Source: a virus
Strand: one strand, 5' to 3'
DNA: 41,190 nt
Virus record (IMG/VR): IMGVR_UViG_3300045988_109834
Span: 1 to 41,190 of that record
In this document: piece by piece, positions 32,408 through 41,085 of the stretch
Position numbering within the stretch: position 1 is the stretch's first letter
Layout of the letters: the number at the start of each line of letters is the position of its first letter
Position numbers and translations under genes: made by a program
The notes under the pieces: generated by a model
The model's input: only the letters and a program-made list of their open reading frames with translations
Database searches by the model: none
Told to the model about the DNA's origin: nothing

Positions 32408-32606
32408 AATCATAAGACATTTAACCATGGCGTTAAAAACCTTGTATCAATATATCCACAATATCCATGAAGACTGTGGAAAATGTATATGCGCAAGAGA
32501 AGATAGCGGAAGATGTTGGATGGGAGGATGCGACGAAATAGAAACCAGCGTGTCCAACTTGGACACGAAGAATGACCGAATCGGTCAGAAAGGAGAAAAT
32601 AAATGA
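32382..32606 (+). CDS. Cys-rich small protein
   Basis: 74 aa with an AAGGAG SD and the sequence CGKCICAREDSGRCWMGGC. Confidence 0.5.
   Translation: MKPKEKIIEIIRHLTMALKTLYQYIHNIHEDCGKCICAREDSGRCWMGGCDEIETSVSNLDTKNDRIGQKGENK
32573..32587. repeat. 15-bp palindrome TGACCGAATCGGTCA
   Basis: Exact reverse complement of the site at 29774-29788. Confidence 0.6.
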
Positions 32607-32866
32607 ATTTCAGCAAAAGTAATATTCCATTAATGAGACTGGGAGATATAAGAAGAACCCTGAAAAAGAGATTCAATGTAATTCCAGGGCATAAGATCAA
32701 ATTAGAGGTAAGGACACGTGATGATGGAAATTGCTACAAGATAGAACATCGTACTGCAACGGTCATCAAACTATATCCATATGTGATACAATTACAGTTA
32801 GAGAACGGAATATGCATATCTCCGGGATATGCAAAGTTATATCTTATGCTCCACGGAGCAGAGTAG
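32603..32866 (+). CDS. Veg-like small protein
   Basis: 87 aa. LGDIRRTLKKRF...KIKLEV...TATVIKLYPYVIQLQLENG...SPGYAKL parallels the B. subtilis Veg pattern, recalled from memory and not aligned. Confidence 0.35.
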   Translation: MNFSKSNIPLMRLGDIRRTLKKRFNVIPGHKIKLEVRTRDDGNCYKIEHRTATVIKLYPYVIQLQLENGICISPGYAKLYLMLHGAE

Positions 32867-32889
32867 CAAAGACAGGAGGAAAGACCGAA

Positions 32890-33309
32890 ATGAATAAGGA
32901 CTTGCTGAAACAGTACATAGATGCAAAAGAACTGATCAAAGAGACGGAAGCTGATATCAGACGTCTGGAGAAAAGAAAGACAGAGAAGGCACAGGACGTT
33001 GTATCCGGAAGCAATTCGGAATTTCCTTTTCAGGCAAAACATTTTGTGATTCAAGGAACATCATACTCAGTAAGAGATGCGGCAAAAGAATCCAGAGAAA
33101 GAATTCTTTTACAGGAAAGAAAAGAAAAGGCAGAGGAATTAAAATTACAGGTAGAAGCCTGGATGAACACGATTCCATTTCGGATGCAGAGGATTATTAA
33201 ATACAGGATATTTGAAAATCTGTCCTGGCAGCAGGTGGCGGAGAAAATTGGAAGGAATGCTTCCGGGGAGTCAGTAAGAAAAGAATATGAATTATTTTTA
33301 AAAAAATAA
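32890..33309 (+). CDS. Late-gene transcriptional regulator (sigma-70 region-4-like HTH; RinA/ArpU/DUF1492-like)
   Basis: 139 aa from the ATG at 32890 (GGAGGAAAG SD). C-terminus: IPFRMQRIIKYRIFENLSWQQVAEKIG. It is the last gene before terS. Confidence 0.55.
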   Translation: MNKDLLKQYIDAKELIKETEADIRRLEKRKTEKAQDVVSGSNSEFPFQAKHFVIQGTSYSVRDAAKESRERILLQERKEKAEELKLQVEAWMNTIPFRMQRIIKYRIFENLSWQQVAEKIGRNASGESVRKEYELFLKK

Positions 33310-33311
33310 AA

Positions 33312-33337
33312 GTTTTTCCGTTTTTTCCGTTTTTTCC
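33312..33337 (+). repeat. Three tandem GTTTTT(T)CC repeats
   Basis: GTTTTTCC GTTTTTTCC GTTTTTTCC, immediately after the regulator stop codon. Confidence 0.7.
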
Positions 33338-33438
33338 GCTTCGAGTATGCAATAATATAAACTGCAGTTACTGACATGAGAGTCATTGATGGATTCTCCT
33401 TTCTTGCGTTTGCCAGAGGTAGCGGTCTGGCAAACATA

Positions 33439-33509
33439 TGGAACAATAGCCGAGTGGGAGCTACAAGAGCCGTAAAACCGAGCCGCAGGTTCGAATCCTG
33501 ATGTTCCAC
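33439..33509 (+). pseudogene. tRNA-like element (acceptor stem and T-arm only; no foldable anticodon arm)
   Basis: TGGAACA (33439-33445) pairs perfectly with TGTTCCA (33502-33508). The T-arm is GCAGG-TTCGAAT-CCTGA, and there is a GCCGAGTGGG D-loop-like string. The central 22 nt cannot form an anticodon stem. Confidence 0.3.
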
Positions 33510-33592
33510 TCCGGTTTGGCACCGGACTCATATGGATTTTCCTTGACGTAACAAGAGCCATCTGTTTTATGAGCAGGTGGCTCTTGTTGTAT

Positions 33593-33665
33593 GGACATTT
33601 AGCTCAGTAGGTAGAGCAACCGGCTCATAACCGGTCGACCCTGGGTTCGAGTCCCAGAATGTCCA
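33593..33665 (+). tRNA. tRNA with anticodon CAT (elongator Met, or Ile2 if lysidine-modified)
   Basis: Full cloverleaf by hand: GGACATT/AATGTCC acceptor, GCTC/GAGC D-stem, ACCGG-CTCATAA-CCGGT anticodon arm and CTGGG-TTCGAGT-CCCAG T-arm. CCA is not encoded. Confidence 0.9.
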
Positions 33666-33703
33666 TTATAACCAATAACAGACAGAATGAGAGGTGGTGA
33701 TGG

Positions 33704-34606
33704 TTGGCCAGAGCACCAGATAAAAGAATAGAACAAGCCCGAAAGTTATATCTGCAAGGAAAAAAACTGGTAGAGATTGCAAGCCAGTTAAACCTTCCAG
33801 AAGGCACTGTAAGAAGATGGAAATGTACCCACAAATGGGATAGCGAACGTTCGGATAAAAAAAGCGAACGTTCGGAAAAGAAAAAGACAAAGAAAAAGAA
33901 AGCGGCTGAGAGCGAAGTTGAATCTGTAACTGAGAATTCAGAATTAACTGACAAACAGCGGCTTTTTTGCGTTTACTACATTCGCAGTTTTAATGCTACG
34001 AAAGCATATCAGAAAGCGTACGAGTGCAGCTACGAAATAGCGATGAGAAGCGGCAGCAGGATGTTGAGAAATGTTGAGGTAAAAGAAGAAATCCTCAGAC
34101 TAAAGCAGGAACGCTTAAACCGAGAATTTCTTTCCGAGTCAGATATATTCCAGAAGTACATGGATATAGCCTTCGCAGATATTACTGACTACATGACATT
34201 CGGTACGGAAGAGGTACCGGTTATGGCAATATATGGACCTGTGAAGATAAAGGATCCTGAGACCGGCGAAGAGAAGCAGCTTACAAAAATTGTGAACACA
34301 GTCCGGTTCAAGGATTCTACCGAGGTGGACGGCACTATCCTGTCAGAAGTGAAACAGGGAAAAGATGGAGCCAGTATCAAACTATCAGACCGCATGAAAG
34401 CATTGCAGTGGCTGTCTGATCACATGAATATGGCAACAGAGGAGCAGAAAGCCAAAATAGCTCAGATAAAGGCTCAGACAGAACGCCTGGCAGCAGCACC
34501 GACAGACGGAGAAGAGGATGGAGTTGAGATCATAAACGATGCGGACGAAAAAGCAGGTCAGAATATCAGAGATAGTGATACCGAAGTATCTTCCGGTGTT
34601 CAATAA
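33704..34606 (+). CDS. terS: Terminase small subunit
   Basis: 300 aa with a TTG start 7 nt after GAGGTGG. N-terminal HTH (LVEIASQLNLPEGTVRRW) and a terminase-small core (QRLFCVYYIRSFNATKAYQKAY). Confidence 0.85.
   Translation: MARAPDKRIEQARKLYLQGKKLVEIASQLNLPEGTVRRWKCTHKWDSERSDKKSERSEKKKTKKKKAAESEVESVTENSELTDKQRLFCVYYIRSFNATKAYQKAYECSYEIAMRSGSRMLRNVEVKEEILRLKQERLNREFLSESDIFQKYMDIAFADITDYMTFGTEEVPVMAIYGPVKIKDPETGEEKQLTKIVNTVRFKDSTEVDGTILSEVKQGKDGASIKLSDRMKALQWLSDHMNMATEEQKAKIAQIKAQTERLAAAPTDGEEDGVEIINDADEKAGQNIRDSDTEVSSGVQ
33842..33876 (+). repeat. Two 14-bp direct repeats AGCGAACGTTCGGA, 21 bp apart, each containing the 10-bp palindrome CGAACGTTCG (candidate pac element)
   Basis: Copies at 33842-33855 and 33863-33876, inside the Lys/Ser/Glu-rich linker of terS. 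Confidence 0.4.
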
Positions 34607-35936
34607 TAAATCATATAAACACATCATCCTAACTTCTGGACGTGCCGGCACGAAATCCAGTTTTGCTGCTATACGGACAGACTACCAGATCATAGCAGAC
34701 CCTCATGGATCAGCTGTAGTCTTGCGCAAACACCACAACAAACTTAGAAAGACGGTATACAAAGAAATGCTTCGAGGTATTAACCGCCTTCAGGTACCAA
34801 AGAACCGGTTTTATATAACAAAAAGTCCGATGGAAATCACATATAAGAAGTACAATACAACCATTTACTTCTCTGGATCCGACGGCATAGACGACACCAA
34901 AGGTATCATTGACGAAGATAAACCAATTAAATTAGTTATCCTGGACGAGCTGACAGAATTCTTTGACGACGGAGAAGGTGAGGATGAGCTTGCGAACATA
35001 GAAGCAACTTTCGTCAGGGGAAATAAAGCAGGATTCCAGATGATTTATCTGTACAACCCGCCGAAGAATCCAAATGCACCAGTAAATACATGGTGCAAGA
35101 AGATGGAGAAACGCCCTGACTGTATTCACATTCATACGGATTACAGAGACGTACCGGTAGACTGGTTAGGACAGGATCTGATTGATTCTGCAGAAGCCAT
35201 GAAAGCCGTAGATCCAAAGATGTACCGCTGGACATGGCTGGGGGAACCGGTCGGAGTAGATGAACTGATCTATTATATGGTTTCAGACCGAAACCGAAAG
35301 AAACCGGAAGAAGGAAGAGCATACGAAAGAGCATATATCGGCGGAGACTATGGACAGCAGAATGCAACAACCTATCAGGCGTTTGGACTTGACACATACA
35401 GGCGAAAGTTTCCTGGGCTTGGAGAGTATTACCACAGTGGCCGGGAATCCGGAACACAGAGAAGTCCGTCAGAATACGCGCAGGATTTAGTAGACTTTAT
35501 GAATGATCTTCATGAAGAATATGGAATCAGAGCTTTTTATGTGTGCCTGGACCCGTCGGCAAAAGGCTTACAGGAAGAAATCCGAAGAGCTACCAGAACC
35601 GGACTGGATTACAGTGTTCTGATCAGAGATGCAGAGAACGATGTAGCACTTGGAATCAGCCGTGTGCAGAAAGCATTTATATTCGATATCCTCAGTATTT
35701 CTCCAAAACAGGAGAATCTGATCAGAGAGCTGGGGACATATGAGTACGATAAAAAATCAATTGAAAAAGGCAAGGAAGTACCAGTCAAAGAAAACGATCA
35801 TGGATGTGACGCATTACGCTATGCAGTAATGACTGCATGGAGATATTTAAAGACGTGGCTCCCTGCCGAGATAGAAGAAAAAGAATACATCGTTGATATA
35901 GCGAGAAAGGAGGTAGAGGAAGATGGATATATTTAG
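34539..35936 (+). CDS. terL: Terminase large subunit (PBSX-type)
   Basis: 465 aa with Walker A LTSGRAGTKSS, Walker B LVILDE and a C-terminal nuclease region (DHGCDALRY). It overlaps terS by 68 nt. Confidence 0.9.
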   Translation: MRTKKQVRISEIVIPKYLPVFNNKSYKHIILTSGRAGTKSSFAAIRTDYQIIADPHGSAVVLRKHHNKLRKTVYKEMLRGINRLQVPKNRFYITKSPMEITYKKYNTTIYFSGSDGIDDTKGIIDEDKPIKLVILDELTEFFDDGEGEDELANIEATFVRGNKAGFQMIYLYNPPKNPNAPVNTWCKKMEKRPDCIHIHTDYRDVPVDWLGQDLIDSAEAMKAVDPKMYRWTWLGEPVGVDELIYYMVSDRNRKKPEEGRAYERAYIGGDYGQQNATTYQAFGLDTYRRKFPGLGEYYHSGRESGTQRSPSEYAQDLVDFMNDLHEEYGIRAFYVCLDPSAKGLQEEIRRATRTGLDYSVLIRDAENDVALGISRVQKAFIFDILSISPKQENLIRELGTYEYDKKSIEKGKEVPVKENDHGCDALRYAVMTAWRYLKTWLPAEIEEKEYIVDIARKEVEEDGYI

Positions 35937-37362
35937 TTACCTGCAAAGAAAAGGAATTGATACGGTAGACAGATCTTTTTACCGGATGACAGCCATCTGG
36001 GAGAGCTGGTATAAGGGAAAAGTGAGAAACTTTACCAGATACAGAGTATATTCTGGACAGGGCACATATTCAATAAAGCACAGAAAAAGTTTGGGAATGG
36101 CAAAGAAACTGGCAGAGGATATCGCAGACCTGCTTTTGAATGAACGTGTACAGATTACACTTTCTGATGAAACCACGGGAGACTTCGTGTCTGAAGTTCT
36201 GAGACAGAACAGATTTCTGGTCCTTGGGAATGATTACCAGGAAAGGAAAGCATATTCCGGAACAGTTGCATATATCCCATACCTGCAGGATGCAGAGGCG
36301 GATGAGGAAGGCAGGATCATTCCTGGCACCGGAAAGATAGGAATTGATTATGTGAGCGCAAAAGATATATACCCGATCAGTTGGAACAATGGAAAGATTA
36401 CAGAGTGTGCATTTACATTTCAAAAGACCGTTGCAAGAAGAAAATACATACAGGTTCAGATTCACCAGATGGAAGAAACAGAACAGGGTTTGCAGTACGT
36501 CATCGAAAATAACGTCCTGGAATGTCAGGCCGGCAGCAGGGAAGGGAAAGAACTCAAGGAAGAAGAATGGAAACAGTTGAAACCTTTTAGAAACCTTTCT
36601 GCGAGAGTGGAGACAGGTTCATCGGAACCTCAGTTCACGATAGATCGCTTAAATATCGTAAATAATGCAGACGAAGACGAAAGCAATCCCATGGGAATCG
36701 CAATATACGCGAATTCTATTGATATCCTGAAAAAACTGGACATTGAATATGACTCATATAACAACGAGTTTGACCTTGGAAGAAAGAGAATATTTGTTGC
36801 TCCGGAAATGATAAGGAATATAGATGGAAATCCGGCATTTGACCCGGAAGATACAGTATTTTACCAGCTTCCGGATAATTACGATAAGGACAAAGAAGGA
36901 CTGATAAAAGAGATCAACATGGATCTTAGATCGGAACAGCATTCGAAGGCTATTAATGATGACCTGAATTATCTTTCTTTGAAATGTGGGTTTGGCACAG
37001 AAAGATATAAATTCGACAGCAGCGGCGTAAAGACAGCCACAGAAGTCATATCAGAAAACTCAGATATGTATCGCATGATCAAAAAGCATGAGATCATCCT
37101 GGAAGACGTTCTGAAAGAACTGATACAGATTATTATCCGACTCGGCATTGTACTCGGAAATCCATTAAATCCGGATACTGAGATCACGATTGACTTTGAT
37201 GATTCGATCATTGAGGACAAACAGGCGGAACGCCAGTCTGATCGTCAGGACGTAAGCATGGGCGCAATGCCATTATGGGAATACAGAGCCAAGTATTATG
37301 GGGAGACTGAGGAAAAAGCAAAAGCTTCAGTCGAACAGCCAGAGGATACGGTGATTGAATGA
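35923..37362 (+). CDS. Portal protein (SPP1 gp6-like)
   Basis: 479-aa ORF directly after terL, with the size and position typical of a portal protein. Confidence 0.8.
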   Translation: MDIFSYLQRKGIDTVDRSFYRMTAIWESWYKGKVRNFTRYRVYSGQGTYSIKHRKSLGMAKKLAEDIADLLLNERVQITLSDETTGDFVSEVLRQNRFLVLGNDYQERKAYSGTVAYIPYLQDAEADEEGRIIPGTGKIGIDYVSAKDIYPISWNNGKITECAFTFQKTVARRKYIQVQIHQMEETEQGLQYVIENNVLECQAGSREGKELKEEEWKQLKPFRNLSARVETGSSEPQFTIDRLNIVNNADEDESNPMGIAIYANSIDILKKLDIEYDSYNNEFDLGRKRIFVAPEMIRNIDGNPAFDPEDTVFYQLPDNYDKDKEGLIKEINMDLRSEQHSKAINDDLNYLSLKCGFGTERYKFDSSGVKTATEVISENSDMYRMIKKHEIILEDVLKELIQIIIRLGIVLGNPLNPDTEITIDFDDSIIEDKQAERQSDRQDVSMGAMPLWEYRAKYYGETEEKAKASVEQPEDTVIE

Positions 37363-38906
37363 CACAGGGAGAAATTGAGAAGCTGACAGCAAAGACCGAA
37401 AATATCTTTTCGGAACTGGAGATCCGGATCATGTCTGATATCGTTCGCCGTATCAAAGAAAATGGAGTTTCTACAGCATCTGCAGACTGGCAGTTGACAA
37501 GACTACAGCAACTGGGAATGTCACAGGAACAGATTAAAAAGTACATTCAGTCAGCTCTTGAAGCTTCTGAAAAGGAAATGGAGAAGATCTTTTCTGATAA
37601 GGCATACGAAGAATACTATGGACATGAAAGATTCTATAAATTCGCAGATATGCAGCAGATACCTTTTGAAGAAAACATTGTTCTCCAGAGACTCATAGAA
37701 GCAACAAAAGAACAGATACAGGGTGAATACAAGAATTTGACTGCTTCCATGGGATTTGCAATCATAGATCCTGTGACTGGGAAAATCAAATCAGCTCCGC
37801 TTATGGATTTTTACAGATCCACAATGGATAATGCGGTTTTAGATATTCAATCAGGAGCTTTTGATTACAACACTGTTTTAGGAAGAACAATCAAACAAAT
37901 GACCGATTCGGGCATTCGATACATAGATTATGATTCCGGACGGAGAGACAGAGTAAATGTAGCTGCCAGGAGAGCAGTTCTCACAGGATTCAGACAGGTG
38001 CAGGGGAAGATAAACGAGCAGGTGGCAGCAGAACTTCACACAGACATGTATGAGGTAAGTTATCATGTCGGTGCAAGACCTTCACATCAGCCGTGGCAGG
38101 GAAGGGTATACAGCATGGAACAGCTTCATTCTGTGTGCGGTCTGGGAGAAGTAACCGGTCTGAAAGGGGCGAATTGCTATCACGATTACAAACCATTTCC
38201 ACCCGGATCCGTAAGAACTTATACAGATGAACAGCTAAAACGGATGAACCAGGAAGAAAATACCCCGAAGACCTATAACGGTAAAGAATACACAACCTAT
38301 GAAGCACTTCAACAGCAGAGGAAGATGGAACGGGGAATGCGTGCCCAGAGACAACGAATAAAACTTTTGCAGGCAGGCGAGGCGGATGAACAGGATATTA
38401 TTCTTGCAAAAGCCAGATATCAGGGGCAAATGCAGGCTTATAAAGACTTTTCAAAGAAGATGAAACTGCCAGAACAGAAGGCACGGATTACTCAGGACGG
38501 GCTGAGAGGACGGTTTATGCCAACGAAGGCGGAACAGAAAATTCTTGAAGAATCTGCAATAAATGATAAAATAAAGACAGAGTTATCAGAAGCGAAGATA
38601 AAAGGCGTACCGAAGATAAACCCAGAGAAAGTGGATGTTTCAGAATTTACATTTGATACAGCTCACATTAATACAGAAAGAGAACACGGAGTTACCAGAG
38701 CCGAGGCAGAGAAGTTCATTAAAGAAGCAGACATTTCTCTGACACGTTGGAATGGCAGGTTTATAAACTATTATGGACCTAATGGTGCAACATACGTGGA
38801 TATGGAAAATAATAATATCCGAACAGCTTTTAAGAAAGAACAATTTGACGAACCGACATTGAAGATTAGGGAGGTGGCAGAAAAATATGGAACCAATAAA
38901 GGTTAA
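37359..38906 (+). CDS. Minor head/morphogenesis protein (SPP1 gp7 / Mu F-like) with an extra C-terminal domain
   Basis: 515 aa. The signature ARPSHQPWQGRVY is typical of the gp7/MuF family. It is ATGA-coupled to the portal gene. Confidence 0.8.
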   Translation: MTQGEIEKLTAKTENIFSELEIRIMSDIVRRIKENGVSTASADWQLTRLQQLGMSQEQIKKYIQSALEASEKEMEKIFSDKAYEEYYGHERFYKFADMQQIPFEENIVLQRLIEATKEQIQGEYKNLTASMGFAIIDPVTGKIKSAPLMDFYRSTMDNAVLDIQSGAFDYNTVLGRTIKQMTDSGIRYIDYDSGRRDRVNVAARRAVLTGFRQVQGKINEQVAAELHTDMYEVSYHVGARPSHQPWQGRVYSMEQLHSVCGLGEVTGLKGANCYHDYKPFPPGSVRTYTDEQLKRMNQEENTPKTYNGKEYTTYEALQQQRKMERGMRAQRQRIKLLQAGEADEQDIILAKARYQGQMQAYKDFSKKMKLPEQKARITQDGLRGRFMPTKAEQKILEESAINDKIKTELSEAKIKGVPKINPEKVDVSEFTFDTAHINTEREHGVTRAEAEKFIKEADISLTRWNGRFINYYGPNGATYVDMENNNIRTAFKKEQFDEPTLKIREVAEKYGTNKG

Positions 38907-39066
38907 TTGCCCATTAATGGGAATGGAAATCGAAGATGGGATATGTTTTGATATTCACATGAATGTCGAAGGTCTGGCACCTGATTGGACAATTCCGGAC
39001 AAGGTGTTAAAAATTCCAGACTACAAAAAGATTTGCTTACAGTGCAAAAATCACAAAGAGGATTGA
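38887..39066 (+). CDS. Small Cys-containing protein (59 aa)
   Basis: MEPIKVNCPLMGMEIEDGIC...CLQCKNHKED, with a strong GGGAGGTGG SD 9 nt upstream. Below the ORF-track cut-off. Confidence 0.5.
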   Translation: MEPIKVNCPLMGMEIEDGICFDIHMNVEGLAPDWTIPDKVLKIPDYKKICLQCKNHKED

Positions 39067-39114
39067 ATGCCATCAGTCAGAAACGGCCGGTGGTATTTTT
39101 ATACCCATTTTTAG

Positions 39115-39133
39115 AAAATTGCGCCGGCGCAAT
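39115..39133. promoter_or_regulatory. GC-core palindrome, copy 3 (AAAATTGCGCCGGCGCAAT)
   Basis: Identical 19-mer to 17578-17596. It is preceded by a weak hairpin plus T-run and followed by the Prp SD. Confidence 0.6.
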
Positions 39134-39145
39134 AAGGAGGATAAC

Positions 39146-39430
39146 ATGATACAGGTAAAAATCTCTTCCACGGGAATACAGATGAATGGTCATGCGTGCA
39201 GATCAGTAAATGGACAGGATATCGTATGTTCTGCTATTTCGGCCCTGACCTGTAATCTGATTAATTCCTTGGAAGAACTGACAGATAACCGGATCAGAGC
39301 AGAGACAGCTTCCGGAAAAACGGTTATAGAATGGGAAGACCTGGACGACAGGGGAAAACTTTTAGTAGATTCCTGGTTCATTGGACTTACATCTGTTAAT
39401 CAGGGATACAATTGCATAGAGTTTATTTAG
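39146..39430 (+). CDS. prp: Prp-like cysteine protease (ribosomal-processing protease family, DUF464)
   Basis: 94 aa from the ATG at 39146 (AAGGAGG SD). MIQVKI...GHACRS...DIVCSAISAL carries the His/Cys dyad pattern of Prp. Confidence 0.75.
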   Translation: MIQVKISSTGIQMNGHACRSVNGQDIVCSAISALTCNLINSLEELTDNRIRAETASGKTVIEWEDLDDRGKLLVDSWFIGLTSVNQGYNCIEFI

Positions 39431-39506
39431 CCGGCCCGAAAAGGCTGGTTTTATTATGTCCAAAACATGAAGACAGATAAAAGCTCTGGGAATATGGAGG
39501 AAAACA

Positions 39507-40094
39507 ATGAAAAATAAATTGATGAACTTACACATTTTCGATGAAGGAGGAACTGGCGGAGACGGCGGAACTGGGAATCCGAACGGAAATGGTGGGACTG
39601 GCAGCAGCGGCCAGAACGGAAACACTGGGTACACATTTGAACAGGCGGAAGAGATTGCAAATAGCAGAGCGCAGAAGGCGGAAAGAGCAGCCTTGGCAAG
39701 CTTTTACAGACAGCAGGGCTTAAGTGAGGAACAGATCACTACTGCAATTGCGGACTTTAAAGCAAAACAGAAAGCAAATCAGCCAGATGTCGATGCAATC
39801 ACAAAAGAAAGAGACACATATAAGCAGGAACTGCAGCAGTATAAAAATGAAAAAATCCTGTCAGAAAAAGGCGTAAGGGCAGAAGATATGGATTATGTTC
39901 TTTTTAAAGTCAATAAGCTTGTAGATGACAAGACTGATTTTATAAAGGCGGCAGATAAATTTCTGAAAGAAAATCCACGTTACGGAAAAGGAACATACAG
40001 AGTTTCCACATCCACGGGAGCTGATAATCAGAACACCGGAGGAAATGTCAATGCGTCAATCAATGACCGGATCCGTGCAGCAATGAGAAGATAA
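39507..40094 (+). CDS. Capsid scaffolding protein
   Basis: 195-aa helical, charged ORF immediately upstream of the capsid gene. It has a Gly-rich segment after the N-terminal leader MKNKLMNLHIFD. Confidence 0.75.
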   Translation: MKNKLMNLHIFDEGGTGGDGGTGNPNGNGGTGSSGQNGNTGYTFEQAEEIANSRAQKAERAALASFYRQQGLSEEQITTAIADFKAKQKANQPDVDAITKERDTYKQELQQYKNEKILSEKGVRAEDMDYVLFKVNKLVDDKTDFIKAADKFLKENPRYGKGTYRVSTSTGADNQNTGGNVNASINDRIRAAMRR

Positions 40095-40104
40095 GGAGAG
40101 AAAC

Positions 40105-41085
40105 ATGAACAGAAACAGAATGAATTTAAGACTTTTTGATAACGACGTAAACATTATTGACAGAAGCGGAGCTGAGTCTCTGATTCCGGTACAGGAGTCA
40201 AATGAGATCATCCAGGGAGTAGTTACCCAGTCAGCAGTGCTCCAGAGAGGGCGAAGAATGGCAAATATGACATCAAGACAGTACAAAATGCCGGTTCTTG
40301 ATATGCTACCAATCGCATACTTCGTAAATGGCGATACAGGCCAGAAACAGACTACAAAGCAGGCATGGAGCAATAAGTTTATCACTGCAGAAGAAATCGC
40401 AGTTATCGTGCCGGTACCGGAAGCAGTGCTGGACGATTCAGAATATGATATCTGGGCCGAAGTAAGACCGAGAATCATTGAAGCGTTTGGAAAAGTGATT
40501 GATGGAGCTATCCTGTTTGGCACAGATAAACCATCTTCCTGGAGAGATGACGTTGTAACTACTGCGAATGCGGCGAAGTCCGTAGTAACAATCGGAAGTG
40601 ATGATAACCTCTATGACAAGATCATGGGAGTAGACGGCGTGATTGCAAAAGTAGAGAACAGCGGATATTTCGTAAATGGACATATGGCAGACATCTCTAT
40701 GAGAGCAAAACTGAGAGAATTAAAGGATACAACCGGAAATCCTCTGTTCAAGAGCGATATGCAGACAGGAACCAATTATTCCCTGGATGGAAGTCCAATG
40801 AATTTCCCAAATAATGGCGCTTTCGATAAGAGCAAAGCACTGATGATCTCCGGAGACTTCTCCCAGCTGGTATATTCTATCCGCCAGGACATCACATTCA
40901 AACTCTTTACAGAGGGCGTTATACAGAATAAAGATGGTTCTATCGCATACAACCTGATGCAGAACGACATGGTAGCTCTGAGAGCAGTTATGCGTCTTGG
41001 CTGGGAGATTCCGAACCCAATCAATAGTCTCCAGAAAGATAAAACAAAGAGATGCCCGTTCTCTGTATTAAAAGCAAATGAATGA
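40105..41085 (+). CDS. Major capsid protein (HK97-fold family)
   Basis: 326 aa in the position after the scaffold gene, with an AAGGAG SD and the N-terminal leader MNRNRMNLRLFD. Confidence 0.85.
   Translation: MNRNRMNLRLFDNDVNIIDRSGAESLIPVQESNEIIQGVVTQSAVLQRGRRMANMTSRQYKMPVLDMLPIAYFVNGDTGQKQTTKQAWSNKFITAEEIAVIVPVPEAVLDDSEYDIWAEVRPRIIEAFGKVIDGAILFGTDKPSSWRDDVVTTANAAKSVVTIGSDDNLYDKIMGVDGVIAKVENSGYFVNGHMADISMRAKLRELKDTTGNPLFKSDMQTGTNYSLDGSPMNFPNNGAFDKSKALMISGDFSQLVYSIRQDITFKLFTEGVIQNKDGSIAYNLMQNDMVALRAVMRLGWEIPNPINSLQKDKTKRCPFSVLKANE

Noticed and set aside
33439-33509. A second tRNA gene
   Set aside because: The acceptor stem and T-arm are convincing. However, no 5-bp anticodon stem can be drawn from the central 22 nt, and position 8 is A. 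It is reported only as a tRNA-like element.
33051-33561. Minus-strand ORFs of 152 aa and 87 aa spanning the regulator-terS gap
   Set aside because: They overlap the 3' end of the regulator gene and the structured RNA region. They lack an SD and have an implausible composition.
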